Virus record (IMG/VR): IMGVR_UViG_3300009432_000017
Strand: one strand, 5' to 3'
Origin: an uncultured virus (IMG/VR IMGVR_UViG_3300009432_000017)
Lineage: Duplodnaviria; Heunggongvirae; Uroviricota; Caudoviricetes; Schitoviridae
Length of the DNA: 64,000 nucleotides
Position 1 is the stretch's first letter; every line of letters starts with the position of its first letter. The position numbers and the translations under genes are program-made. Positions 38,701 to 47,739 of this stretch are shown here, in pieces. A model generated the notes under the pieces. The model was given only the letters and a program-made list of their open reading frames with translations, was not told where the DNA came from and did not search any database.

Positions 38701-41700
38701 CATTCATTATAGCATACAAAGAAATGGTGGCTAAGAAGACACAGGAACTCACTGAAAGCGGTAGTATGCAAAAGGGTGACTATCTACCGCAAGTTGAGAT
38801 AGACAAGATCATAGAGCTACTGCAGCCGCTTATGCCCGCAACTCAAATATCTTTTTCTGATAACGCTAATGAGCAACTACAAGTCAGTAAGACTGAGATG
38901 GTTACTAGGAATCCAGGTGATAAGAAGAAAGGTATTAAACGCCAGGGTGACGTAGTAACACAATTCTCTAAGCCGCTGAACAATAATGGTAGCTCTACAT
39001 TAACCAACGCACCAACCACAGTAAGTTTTGTAGAGTACATTGCTTCAGGTGCTGCTATACAGTTTATTCACTCTATCGATGCAACCATAGCTCTGAAAAT
39101 ATTTACCAAGTATGACGTACTTAACGTATTTGACGGTTTCCCTTCAAGTGTAGAGAACGTTGCTGAGGTGGCTAAAGCACTTAACGAAGCCATGCATGAC
39201 TTAATGAATGAGCGCCATGTCTACCGTGAGTTAGCAGAGACATTAGAAAAGTCACAAGAAGCACTTGCACAACTTGTAGAGGGTGGGCACATATCACCTA
39301 ATAAGAAAATAGTTACTTTATTGGCAGGAGCCAGAAACAAAGTAATGCTTGTAGAGGTTATGACTGAGAAGCCAATACAAGAATTTAAGGACAGTATCGA
39401 GCATGTTAATCACTACAGCTTTGAAGGTGCTGGTTTTGAAACTCCACTGGGTAAATCTAATCGTGAGAAGCGTGAAGCTAATGATCAGAGGGGTCCAGTT
39501 ATTGCTACTATTCCTGTTACCCCTACACCAGTTACTGAGAGTAACCCTTGGGGCAAACTAGGTAGAAAGTCTGCTACCCAGTTTAGTACTACAGTTGCTA
39601 ATTTTGATAATGTGGTAGACCTGTTTGAGCACATAAAAGACAACTTTGCGGTGGGTAACATTGATGTACTGGGTACACTAATTAATGACCTATTACCATT
39701 GGTTTCAAAAGACTTGAAGCTTGTTGTTATAAATAAAGACACACCTTACGACCCAAGACTAGAAGCACTAGTTGGTTCCAAAGGTGGGTACGTTGCAGAA
39801 ACTAATACTATCTATTTAAAGTCTACAGACTTTGTAGTAAATGGTATGACCCCTGAAACTGTAGCCCATGAAGTGCTGCACGGTATGACCTCAAAGCTAA
39901 TAAATGAAGTAAGCGGGGAAGTTAAATCGGGTAAGTCACCACGTAACCCTGCAGCACATCAAGCGGTTAAAGAGCTGCAAGCTTTACTTATTAAGACTCG
40001 CAAACTTCTAGGTAACAAAGCTACTACTAATATGCGTAGAGGGCCACTGTCTAACGTTAAAGAGTTTGTTGCGTATGGGTTAACTAACCCAGAGTTCAGG
40101 GAAACAATCCAGGGATTAGAACTAAAGAGTAGTGGTAGTAAAGTAGCCACTGTGCTGAATGCTTTCGTTAAGTCCATTAATAAACTTATCTTTGGCAGAA
40201 CCAACGCTGCTAGAAATAATGTATTAAGTGAAGTACTTCAACTGACTAATACAATCATTGCAGAGCAAGCAGTTACTAATCCCACTGGTTTAAATAACGA
40301 GATAGACCTGCAGCGTATAGAGCGTATGACATCAGAAGAGATGTTAAACGCCTTGGATAAAGGAAACCGTTCAGACGAGCACATAGACCACATCACCACT
40401 ATACAAACCAACCTTGTAAACAGTATTGCCGGTGTGGAGGGCGCAGACCTCCGCAACGCAGAGGAGAACCTTGGTGACGAAGTAGACACTTACCTAGAGA
40501 GTTTAGCCACTAACAAAGGATCGTTCGTTAGCACCATTCACAGGCTGTTTAAGATGACTGCACAGGAAGCGTATGTGGCAGAACAGCTTGAAGCAGTGTT
40601 TGAGGGTGACCTATTGGCAGGTAGTAATGCCATGAACCATGTTCAGAGACTATGGGAACAAGCCAAGCAGTTGCCAGTAGAAGCTTTCTTGGATCACCCG
40701 TCACAAGTAAACAACCGTCATGCTATGAAATTAGCTGTAGCTAGACGTAAGTTTATGTTTGATGTGAAAGCCAATAAGGTAAGTGTCGATTACAGTGAGG
40801 GTGCTGGTAGGGCTACTGTCGAGAGTAAATCAGATTACCGGAAACGGTTTGCAATATTGGCTTCAACCCATGCACCGCTTAGAGCAGAACTGGCCAAGCT
40901 AGACGGTACAAGGGTAGCGAGTAGTAAAGTAGAAAGTAGCTTTATGAAGCAACTATCTATTGCATTGGGTGCAGTAATTGAGCACATACGTTCAATCTTT
41001 GAAGAAAGGGTAATTGCTACTGGTGCCTTAAGTGCACAGATGGATAGTGTGTTAAAGAACGTTGCTACTGTTAACCGTAAGAAGCGTCGTAGAATAGCGA
41101 GTGGCCCTGACTTATTTACTAAGACACAGGACTACTTGGATAGCGCAGGTAGAAAGCTTTTTGCTAAAGCAGCCAGCAAGATGAATGTCGAGGGAACCAG
41201 AAATAGTGATAACAAGTTTGTATCGCTTGCAGGGAACATATTAGATATTGTCTCGAATGATAAGGGCCAAATCCTTATTGATACTATCTATGACTTCTCT
41301 TCTACAGTAACTAAGTCACGCCACAGTCTCATACTCAACATAGTTGAAGAGATGCGTGGTGAGACTCCTAATAACAGTAGGCTAATGCAGTTACTGCGTT
41401 GGGCTAATAGAGACAATGAGCAGCAGCGTAGGTTTGTTAAAGAGCGTGTATCTGAAATAGTGAGCAAGAGCTTTAGTAGCAAACTAGAAGATGCTGAGCA
41501 GACAGCTTTAACAAAAGTGTTTGTACAGGGAGATCTAGAAAGTTTACTTGATGAGTTTGGTTTGGGCGGAATAGAAACATTCCTAACAGACAATGCGACA
41601 TTAGCTGCCGAGATAGTGCGGATTGAAGGGGAGCTTAAAAACTTAACTGAAGGTAAGCATGAATACTACGCCAACCAAGCTGAGGCTTTGGGCAAGTACA

Positions 41701-43916
41701 TGATTACTAATAGTGCAAGTTTTAAGGACATGCCTAAGAATGCATTCAGTATTTCTACTATGCCGGGTACTGGAGTAAGAGTAAGCGGTGTAACAGCGAA
41801 GTCTGCAGAGTCTTTGATAGACACATTGGCTTCATTACAAGCTATTACCTTTATGGAGAAAGGGGATAAGCAACTAGCCGTTGAAGTACTACGAACTGAG
41901 AACAACCGTACAGACGTAGGCAATGGCGTTGACTTCACCCTTAAGCAGCACAGGGCTCTTAAGAAAGAATCGCTGGCTAGAAACTTCATTGGTTCAGAAA
42001 GACTAATGACAAAGGGCTACGTGCACGAAATCACAAACCATAATCTTACAGTTAAATGGGCACTTGCTGGTACGGTAGAAAGTGAACGCTTATTGGCACA
42101 GGGCTACAAAGCGAAGCTTACAGACATCAAGCGTGACAAAGATGACCATGAGCCAAACGCTACTATGTATGTCATAGAAGATGGTGGTATGGCTCAGTAT
42201 CTTACTGGCATGTTCTCTTTTACTGCTAAGAGTACAAAGGGTAAAACCTTTGACAAATCAGCAAAAGAGGTTGGAAGTACCAATACGACTATGTCTTATA
42301 ATGGCGATCTCACCAGATTAAAGAGAGCCGGTAGCACAGAGAACCGTATGTTATTAAACCAACGTGTTCATGCTAGGGATATGGATTCACCCAGCCTGTT
42401 AGCTGTCTACAACCCATCAGGTAACGTAGTTACTTATCGTTATGAGATGAGTGAAAGAGTTCGTGAAGATGTGTTAGAAAAGAACTACAAGCTGTCTGAT
42501 GTACTGGGTGGCCTAGCAGGAAGCATAGTAGATAAAGAAACCACTGAGACTATCAACGTACAAGTTATCGATATCTTGAATGACCAATATACTAACGAAA
42601 GTATTGGTCGACAGAGTAACTATGTAAAAATTAGTGCTAACTCTCCTGAACCAGAAATAAAAGAAATCTGGGACATGATGCCTTACGATGCTAGGCAGTA
42701 TGCGAGAGAAACATTTGGTGGTACAGAGCCTCATATCATGATCCGCAAAGAGCATATGAACTTAGTGTTCGGTTACCGTAAGTCAAGTATAGCTAACTTA
42801 TGGGATGGTCGTTTCGATGGTCGTACTATGTTTGATCACATCAGTGATAATGAATTTGGTTTGCTTACACAGCACGCAGTAAAGAATTCTTTAGATATGG
42901 CATTAGGGCCAATCTTTGGTGCACAAGTGGCCAATAAGTTACGTACCGCTGAAGACGCACACAAGATGCTTATTGCCATGGTGAAGGACACGTTTGTTGT
43001 AAAAAATATATTTACTACTACGACTAACATTATGAGTAATGCTGCTCTACTTAGTTTATCTGGTGTACCTATCAGGCACATTATCCGTGACCAAGCAGTA
43101 GCCTGGAAGGGCGCCCAAGACTACAACGAGCACAAGAAAGAGTTGACTGAGCTACAGAATAATATTCAAGTACTACAGCCAACAGGTAAAACGCTTTCTG
43201 ATATGCAAAGTAGGATAAATGAGCTAAACCATAGAATGTCATCTAATCCCGTTAGCGAGCTAATGGAAGCCGGTATGTTCCAAACTATTGTTGAAGATAT
43301 TGATGCCACCATTGACCCTTACTCGTACAAGAGTAAGTTAATGAGACAAGTGGGTAAAAGAGTAGACAACGTATTAAACAAGAAAGATGCTGATGGTAAC
43401 GTTACTAATGTTGAAACTAACTTTGGTAAGAATGTCAAAGCTTTCGGTAAAAACCTGTTTATAACTCAAGATACTAAGCTGTATAAATTCATTAACCATC
43501 CTATACAGATGTCAGATTTTGCAGCTAGGTACACACAGTTCAAGTATTTAACGGAAACCAAAACAGAGAAGCTAAGTAAAAAGGATGCTTTTAAAACTAT
43601 CTCAGAAAACTTCATACAGTACGATGCGCCTACTAATAAGCTAATACAGTACATGAATGAGGTTGGCTTAATGATGTTTACTAAGTACACGCTAAGGATA
43701 ATGAAGCCAGTATTTAACTTACTTGCTGAGCGTCCTGCTACTGCGTTACTTAATATGACAGCTCAAAGTATAGCTGGGTTTACGAGTCCTATTGACTCAG
43801 TAGGGTTGGGTAACTTGTTGGGTAGGTTTGTTAATCCATGGGAGAGTATGATCAACGCTCCTGATGAAATAGCAACAATCAATGCAATCTTACATACGTT
43901 AGGTATTAAGCAGTAA
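32772..43916 (+). CDS. Virion-encapsidated RNA polymerase (N4 gp50-like), 3714 aa
   Basis: T7-like motifs ELDGITNG (A), RSTAKGPLMTNVYG (B), LNVFDG (C); no Cys seen, as in N4 vRNAP; C-terminal QMSDFAARY and GLMMFTKY. Confidence 0.97.
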   Translation: MSDPNLVPQTTSSILENAINRNQPKVANATTNKLAKLSKAAEVNSQKLASITEEPLGYVDANIAERMRRAVQSTGAFVGDNDLDTISGATLNTVTAIALDAARIAGNFTSAGDNEEAVGYLSKLSDAARDALYKEKQGIALTPEESAELDKPIDIGKKSDHQYGGFTDTAELVGAREVYDKYKTAQQKAQKDKNYYTEDTWLTKGFNTLKREQLNRDLAGAWDSMDDAISNADGVFDTIKVGAKLSEGVGALLDNVGATVEYAAESALSTVLSVNPYTAIANTLAYSSDVRSQNLRNSDEETERLVSKAKQRELGQEALLAGGLEYISNATLASVSGLKALSRAGKAKVPSKEAVKKSLLKSTATRVAKTTGAIAQESVTEGIQTAIEGDNFGKDFNLKEDGKEVFTGAAIGLGAAGVTTIPSQALGVVKDGTKGAIQATTNKVIAKANANKKKEAALDSVVESGDYNSYVEAALNEDITTDKGSVRSALDTITKLYDVANNKNTLDADKSSGLLKAYTSTIAAAFEQEDKLYAERDRTTDPKKIKEINEKIGVLQDVIENNDLVRMQAKEAGLIKSMDTVNSITASTDRDAKFEIDAQRIFDTNEYNPGALNTEQMTALLSSDKWTSQERTQLEASAEVVKAQEESNAFKEEGKLKTKEQVHGEVIAGKRTANPEIPNVFGSNNYRQMVFSAINEGNTEKVKAIREKFQSFAQRHIDKAEVFKTAYAPYARRTVAQSSRGNPAPEPATQAELDAAQYIRDNYKTLAGPGFEVVNTSAGPVVQSIQLEAAVLAATLAEVDVSITNGKREPVVTEEVTPTKVELTKTGKHTPKDQVKSDQANKFIGVGSEKSSTNQYAKDWGDNANTGSYEATDTVFISAEGNRSNRVDTDLSEVDRAITAGATIITDTSGHGNSKYNEVGEGKLQAYLTSKGYTAKQETVDGHSFNKWNKVTPTENNVTEVVTEPPATQEPQEQVEEVVAEPQAEATVEGDVEPEPSIINDTVVEPEQTEAATKLEEVTGRITALNDQVAAIDEQLSNDNASQRRRDAIIALGLNSNSLTDADKKAVRAKVDETKRSLLDDKKKLNKEIETITKKELAQAEAAVVSETFADDTEGYTDKARETIRNIIRAGLEVEGVKGLFKAAEGDKEATKDVHSKLKEATAKVKKLRSDLKVLLGTAEKFSAAQEIMDGYSDTKFGRWFQVGKPKGVIGNVQGVIARLKVLPELALAYAQSEFIMSPRKSAAIKDFVGFAETFSKVLNDLSPLNVLDIHVHNRMNAAFLKDGKLTDSALAAMSAAAYSFLAFEAKGTIYPSPTDMASLLGLPDKDSVGSSDYINHSDMGVSRIRLASGIGRDIAGALGIDYNPETTNADKQSELHTALGNFVLGALQHKGFVELHQKTVQSTLKTKNGKPLKKGEKGDVVDRYLTGVRVATLEDGKEMIPTVQSKIDINEDTDRVVGELLNPSKAATAPSLAPVLTTADKLKNTVRNVADTVSKMLLQAQAKPWGLSEQTDNIMQLFDGAQLDKVLGLVSKEDLAKMTEGNRKTHLAKNSAIQKDWDNLQSYRNSLKGTKKGLATPFYFTYAPWKNLRVGIANTLVNPQSSKIVRGLVGLKKWKTEVSLNDQVMQDNFLYGIAQGLDFKVKGLGADKLTMPTLLAALTKELNISELDGVTKLEENNETPLFVEAAQAIHMINSDADISTEDMASSREVIVRAIEKAGENTHTLLALTNLGRFLDAKKNGKKSFTSDIWIELDGITNGPAIGLIQFGNHDMAGLLEKAGVYSDERRSNGEFKESGENDMYETLKEEWSSSISAMMTTAKANNDVGIINGLNAIKHFMGSIVRSTAKGPLMTNVYGAGLGGILDDFGESLLESINTKIEEVVNDDSKTTTQKNKELAKINKFISYLSGSRDNLVLNGDPKFLLTKEGALNFKTQAAIKNAAGGLHYESLGNAIDSMFEGFKENRAEYNGAMQSMNEAFIIAYKEMVAKKTQELTESGSMQKGDYLPQVEIDKIIELLQPLMPATQISFSDNANEQLQVSKTEMVTRNPGDKKKGIKRQGDVVTQFSKPLNNNGSSTLTNAPTTVSFVEYIASGAAIQFIHSIDATIALKIFTKYDVLNVFDGFPSSVENVAEVAKALNEAMHDLMNERHVYRELAETLEKSQEALAQLVEGGHISPNKKIVTLLAGARNKVMLVEVMTEKPIQEFKDSIEHVNHYSFEGAGFETPLGKSNREKREANDQRGPVIATIPVTPTPVTESNPWGKLGRKSATQFSTTVANFDNVVDLFEHIKDNFAVGNIDVLGTLINDLLPLVSKDLKLVVINKDTPYDPRLEALVGSKGGYVAETNTIYLKSTDFVVNGMTPETVAHEVLHGMTSKLINEVSGEVKSGKSPRNPAAHQAVKELQALLIKTRKLLGNKATTNMRRGPLSNVKEFVAYGLTNPEFRETIQGLELKSSGSKVATVLNAFVKSINKLIFGRTNAARNNVLSEVLQLTNTIIAEQAVTNPTGLNNEIDLQRIERMTSEEMLNALDKGNRSDEHIDHITTIQTNLVNSIAGVEGADLRNAEENLGDEVDTYLESLATNKGSFVSTIHRLFKMTAQEAYVAEQLEAVFEGDLLAGSNAMNHVQRLWEQAKQLPVEAFLDHPSQVNNRHAMKLAVARRKFMFDVKANKVSVDYSEGAGRATVESKSDYRKRFAILASTHAPLRAELAKLDGTRVASSKVESSFMKQLSIALGAVIEHIRSIFEERVIATGALSAQMDSVLKNVATVNRKKRRRIASGPDLFTKTQDYLDSAGRKLFAKAASKMNVEGTRNSDNKFVSLAGNILDIVSNDKGQILIDTIYDFSSTVTKSRHSLILNIVEEMRGETPNNSRLMQLLRWANRDNEQQRRFVKERVSEIVSKSFSSKLEDAEQTALTKVFVQGDLESLLDEFGLGGIETFLTDNATLAAEIVRIEGELKNLTEGKHEYYANQAEALGKYMITNSASFKDMPKNAFSISTMPGTGVRVSGVTAKSAESLIDTLASLQAITFMEKGDKQLAVEVLRTENNRTDVGNGVDFTLKQHRALKKESLARNFIGSERLMTKGYVHEITNHNLTVKWALAGTVESERLLAQGYKAKLTDIKRDKDDHEPNATMYVIEDGGMAQYLTGMFSFTAKSTKGKTFDKSAKEVGSTNTTMSYNGDLTRLKRAGSTENRMLLNQRVHARDMDSPSLLAVYNPSGNVVTYRYEMSERVREDVLEKNYKLSDVLGGLAGSIVDKETTETINVQVIDILNDQYTNESIGRQSNYVKISANSPEPEIKEIWDMMPYDARQYARETFGGTEPHIMIRKEHMNLVFGYRKSSIANLWDGRFDGRTMFDHISDNEFGLLTQHAVKNSLDMALGPIFGAQVANKLRTAEDAHKMLIAMVKDTFVVKNIFTTTTNIMSNAALLSLSGVPIRHIIRDQAVAWKGAQDYNEHKKELTELQNNIQVLQPTGKTLSDMQSRINELNHRMSSNPVSELMEAGMFQTIVEDIDATIDPYSYKSKLMRQVGKRVDNVLNKKDADGNVTNVETNFGKNVKAFGKNLFITQDTKLYKFINHPIQMSDFAARYTQFKYLTETKTEKLSKKDAFKTISENFIQYDAPTNKLIQYMNEVGLMMFTKYTLRIMKPVFNLLAERPATALLNMTAQSIAGFTSPIDSVGLGNLLGRFVNPWESMINAPDEIATINAILHTLGIKQ

Positions 43917-43917
43917 G

Positions 43918-43941
43918 AAAAGGGGCGCAAGCCCCTTTTTA
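43918..43941. terminator. Bidirectional terminator between the late and middle blocks
   Basis: AAAAGGGGC-GCAA-GCCCCTTTTT. Confidence 0.9.
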
Positions 43942-43943
43942 CT

Positions 43944-44390
43944 TTATACACTTGCAGGTACTGCAAATAAAATCATTCCTGCACCTAATATAGCCCCTAT
44001 TACTACTGCCGCAGCTACGTTATTAAGGTAACTAAATTTACTTCTTTTCTTAAGTAATAACGATGGTGGTATAGGTGGTGGTGTATTCATTGGGATTGAC
44101 TTAGATATTTGTCTAGGGGTAAATAAGTGCAATGGTATTTTAGGTGATAATGATAGGTTTTCCCTAGTATTTGGTACCTTAGTTGGGTAACCATTCTTAA
44201 ACCTGCTGTTGTACTCTTTTCTACCTACAGCGTTAATAACATTACCTTTTGCTCTAAGGCGAGTTACCCTGCCAGAAACCATACCTTCGGTCATACCCAT
44301 TACTTTTGCTACTTCACGATATAGCAGCCTATCGGTGTTAATAAGGCGCATCAATAAGATGACATCATTCTTTGTAAATTTATCTTTCAT
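43944..44390 (-). CDS. HTH (GcrA-like) protein with C-terminal TM helix
   Basis: YREVAKVMGMTEGMVSGRVTRLR HTH; C-terminal VAAAVVIGAILGAGMILFAV. Confidence 0.7.
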   Translation of the reverse strand: MKDKFTKNDVILLMRLINTDRLLYREVAKVMGMTEGMVSGRVTRLRAKGNVINAVGRKEYNSRFKNGYPTKVPNTRENLSLSPKIPLHLFTPRQISKSIPMNTPPPIPPSLLLKKRSKFSYLNNVAAAVVIGAILGAGMILFAVPASV

Positions 44391-44433
44391 TAGATTACCT
44401 AAAGTAGAAGACCTGCGATAGCAGGTCTTTATT

Positions 44434-44610
44434 TTATGATTCTTCCTTGCGCATTTGTCTATAACCTGAGACTAATACAAAGAGTAAGAATAGGACTAGG
44501 GCTACTGTACCCACTATTGTGAGTACATAAACTAGCCCTATTGTTACGAGAATGGTCACTGCTATGCCTATTATGGTAAGCAGTGTTTTTATCCATTCCA
44601 TGAGAACCAT
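44434..44610 (-). CDS. Small hydrophobic membrane protein (not in ORF track)
   Basis: (MVL)MEWIKTLLTIIGIAVTILVTIGLVYVLTIVGTVALVLFLLFVLVSGYRQMRKEES*; TAATG coupling. Confidence 0.7.
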   Translation of the reverse strand: MVLMEWIKTLLTIIGIAVTILVTIGLVYVLTIVGTVALVLFLLFVLVSGYRQMRKEES

Positions 44611-45008
44611 TACGCAAACAGTGACTTAGATTTTACGGGTACAGGTGCTTCTTTTTCCACTGGTTCGTCAGTTACTACTGTTGGCTCAAAAGGAGGTTTC
44701 TTAGCTTCTACCTCTGCTTCAGCTTTCTCTCCATAATCTGCAGGAGTACTTGCACTTTCTGTTGGTTCAGCTTTATTCGCTTCAGCAGCTTTAACTTCTG
44801 CGCTGCTACGTCTTTTTCTTTTGACCAGTGGGGTTGTTGCCACTGTACTGCCGCCTTCACTAATGTCGACTGCTACTTCTACACAGTCATCATCAGTTAT
44901 GTTTAAAACAACTGATACTTCTTTACCTTTTAAGTTAAAAAAGGGGTTGCTTGCTACGTGGGCTTCCACGATAGACATTAAGTCTTTTTCTTCTAATATG
45001 ACTTTCAT
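44610..45008 (-). CDS. Hypothetical protein with disordered tail ending KSLFA
   Basis: 132-aa ORF with AAGGA RBS. Confidence 0.8.
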   Translation of the reverse strand: MKVILEEKDLMSIVEAHVASNPFFNLKGKEVSVVLNITDDDCVEVAVDISEGGSTVATTPLVKRKRRSSAEVKAAEANKAEPTESASTPADYGEKAEAEVEAKKPPFEPTVVTDEPVEKEAPVPVKSKSLFA

Positions 45009-45017
45009 ATTCTTTCC

Positions 45018-45662
45018 TTACTGTATTTTAACTATAGTGCTGTAACGGCTCTGAAGTGAGTCGTATAAAGCTTCTTGAATTTTAGGGCTAGAAGAATCCA
45101 TGGTAGATAATAGGTACCCAAGATATTCATTATCTTCCTGACCATCCCATACTTTTACGTAGGTGCCTTCTTTGTAGCCATTGTCCTGGCGAAAGAAGTT
45201 AAGGGTGTTTTTACCAATATACTTTAGATACAAGTCATCGGTAGACATACCCGACTGCTCTACCATTGCAAAGAACAGATCTAGGTCGATAGAGTTTGTT
45301 GAGTAGTGACTTACTGCCATTTTTAAATTGGTTATTAAGTCATCTTCCTTGTGGGAATCTACATCTTTTCTATCAACTGACATAAGCATATTAGCTGCAG
45401 ATTTATGTACGTCGCCCTCATAATGGACAAGAGAACCGGACATAATAAAGTGCCATATATCCACAAGCTCCATTTGGAGTTGTTTCATATCTGTATCCTG
45501 CTTCTTCCACCATTTCCAACCGTGGTGGTCAATAGCTTCTACAGCTTCCATCATTGCAGCTAATAGAAAATCAGAACCTGCATCTAACCACTTTGGATTG
45601 ATACGACAGTTCATATCATCTTGTAGAACTAACATTTTTATGTATTGATCTAAGCTAAGCAT
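45018..45662 (-). CDS. dut: Dimeric (all-alpha) dUTPase
   Basis: WKWWK, MELVDIWHF, KNTLNFFRQDNGYKEGTYVKVWDGQEDNE. Confidence 0.92.
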   Translation of the reverse strand: MLSLDQYIKMLVLQDDMNCRINPKWLDAGSDFLLAAMMEAVEAIDHHGWKWWKKQDTDMKQLQMELVDIWHFIMSGSLVHYEGDVHKSAANMLMSVDRKDVDSHKEDDLITNLKMAVSHYSTNSIDLDLFFAMVEQSGMSTDDLYLKYIGKNTLNFFRQDNGYKEGTYVKVWDGQEDNEYLGYLLSTMDSSSPKIQEALYDSLQSRYSTIVKIQ

Positions 45663-46209
45663 TAAAAGCCTCCCGTATTGACATTAATTGTTTAAAGGTG
45701 TCAGTACGCACAGCGGCTTTAATAGCTGCCAGTGCGTCTGCCATGTGCTCGTTTTTTTCTACCAGTGAACGTACACCTTTCTGGTTTTTCCACAGCCATG
45801 CTGCATCTGGGAACTCACCTACAGCCCAGTCGATCATTTGTTTCTTAGTTGCATTCTTATTACCTGTAGCAGCCAATTTCACCTCTGCAGGTGTTACCTG
45901 AATGATAGGTATTTTGATGGTAGAAATGATTCCGACACAGATACCATATGAAGCCATAGCACGAGCAGACTGACTGCCTACTGGTATTTCTATAGCTACT
46001 AGGTCAACGCCTTGAAGAAACTGCTTAGTAGCGGTGTGTAGTAGCTTAGCGCGATTCAAATCATCGCTGTTTACTCTCACTTGTTTCTTGTTCTTAGTGG
46101 CTTCCGTTTGTTCTAGGTGTAGGTGTTCAAGGGCAAAGAAGTTATCTTCTAGTTTGCCCTTGGCCATCCCAAAGTTAGATAGACTTGGATCCAAGCCTGC
46201 AATAATCAC
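45655..46209 (-). CDS. RuvC-like Holliday junction resolvase (N4 gp46-like)
   Basis: IAGLDPSLSNFG, AIEIP, VTPAEVK..ATK, EHMADA. Confidence 0.88.
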   Translation of the reverse strand: MIIAGLDPSLSNFGMAKGKLEDNFFALEHLHLEQTEATKNKKQVRVNSDDLNRAKLLHTATKQFLQGVDLVAIEIPVGSQSARAMASYGICVGIISTIKIPIIQVTPAEVKLAATGNKNATKKQMIDWAVGEFPDAAWLWKNQKGVRSLVEKNEHMADALAAIKAAVRTDTFKQLMSIREAFNA

Positions 46210-46944
46210 TTATGCGAAAAGTGATTTAACACCGCCACTGGCGGCTGATCGGACATTTTTACCTGCTGCTGCCGGTGCACCTGAACTAACGCCAGTCTTA
46301 GTAGACTTGTCACGGATGTTACCCGCGTTTTTCTCCGTCCAGATATGAATGAAGGCTGCTTCTTCTGCCTGTGCTGTAATCTCAGTCACAGTCATGGAAT
46401 CACGGCTACGGAAGTACTTAACAATCTCGTTTTGCTCACGAGTTTCGCCAGTAGCTACGTATACGCCTGCTTCATTCTTAGCACTTTTGTCAACAAGCTG
46501 TTGCTCGATAGCGGCTATAACTTCAGTACCAACTAAGCTAGTGAACATCTGTACCTTGGTAGGTACATCTTTCTTAAGGTCATAGTTGTAAAGATTAATT
46601 ACCTTTTCTTCTGTTTCTAAGTCACCAATCTCTTCACCTACAGTAAGTAGGGCAAGTGAGTTAGCAATAAGGAAACCAGGTAGGTAAGCTTCATCACCTG
46701 TCTTCTTGTTAATGTAAGTGTTCTTACCTGCTTTAGAAGTCATGTAAGTAGTTTCATTAACAGTTTTACCATCCTGAGTAGTAACTTCTACATTCAGTGC
46801 CATAGCACCTCCTGAAGAAACAGTAATATAAGCCAACTTAATAGTTAGGTTATAAATAGCTGAAGGTAATATGCGGCTCCCACCTACATAGTCTGTGTCA
46901 ATCGCTGCGATGTTTGCGTTAGTTTTTAAGCTGGATAAATCCAT
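46210..46944 (-). CDS. ssb: N4-type single-stranded DNA-binding protein / late activator (gp45-like)
   Basis: AYLPGF, TGETREQNEI.K.F; AGGAG RBS before ATG 46944; gene order. Confidence 0.85.
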   Translation of the reverse strand: MDLSSLKTNANIAAIDTDYVGGSRILPSAIYNLTIKLAYITVSSGGAMALNVEVTTQDGKTVNETTYMTSKAGKNTYINKKTGDEAYLPGFLIANSLALLTVGEEIGDLETEEKVINLYNYDLKKDVPTKVQMFTSLVGTEVIAAIEQQLVDKSAKNEAGVYVATGETREQNEIVKYFRSRDSMTVTEITAQAEEAAFIHIWTEKNAGNIRDKSTKTGVSSGAPAAAGKNVRSAASGGVKSLFA

Positions 46945-46957
46945 GGTGTTGCTCCTG

Positions 46958-47686
46958 TTAAGCGTAATATTCGTGCAGACGGTTAAATACGTTCTGCAAG
47001 TTGTTATCAATAAATGTTTCGTTAATACCCCAACACTCATATGAGCTACGTAAACGTTCGTTCACGGTTTCTTTAGTTAACTTGGTTTGGAATACATATT
47101 TGAAGCCGAGTGCTTCTTCTTCTTCGGTTACTTTAAGTAAGTCACTTTTAAACTTGTCTATGCTTTTGAGGGTTACTTTTTTAGATGCTATTACGCATGA
47201 GAAGTATGACTCTACACCATTGGCTTTAATTGAGCCTTTAACTGGTACCTTGGTTTCAGATACCATATCGGCCTCATTAACTGAGTCTGCTGTGTGGGCC
47301 GTAAAGACCACGTTTTTTGAAGATGCCGCAACGTGTTGTTGCATTAGTTTTTTAAAGAACTGGGCGAAATCACCCCATGCTGCCATGCTGTTGGTAGACT
47401 TGTAGACGTACACTGACTCAAACATGTCCATCATGTAAGTAAGTGAATCTACTACTATGGTGTGTATCTCTGGCATATCCTCAGCACGCTGAAATGCTTC
47501 TTCCACCTGGTAAGGATCTGTAATAACAAATTCTCTAAACTTGCTTCTGAATGGTAATAATTTGCCCGCTTCACAGTTCAAATACATCACCCCTTCTGGA
47601 TTCTTTAGACCCATTAGAGATGCTGATTTTCCTGTAGCAGATTTTCCACCTAGCAGAACTAAGTGATTGTTGACTGTTTGGGTCAT
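46958..47686 (-). CDS. AAA ATPase, Sak4-like (N4 gp44-like)
   Basis: GKSATGKS Walker A, IVVDSLT Walker B, YVFQT. Confidence 0.88.
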   Translation of the reverse strand: MTQTVNNHLVLLGGKSATGKSASLMGLKNPEGVMYLNCEAGKLLPFRSKFREFVITDPYQVEEAFQRAEDMPEIHTIVVDSLTYMMDMFESVYVYKSTNSMAAWGDFAQFFKKLMQQHVAASSKNVVFTAHTADSVNEADMVSETKVPVKGSIKANGVESYFSCVIASKKVTLKSIDKFKSDLLKVTEEEEALGFKYVFQTKLTKETVNERLRSSYECWGINETFIDNNLQNVFNRLHEYYA

Positions 47687-47739
47687 TGGTTTACTCCACG
47701 TTATGATTCATAAAAAGGCAACGGACGTTGCCCTTAAAG

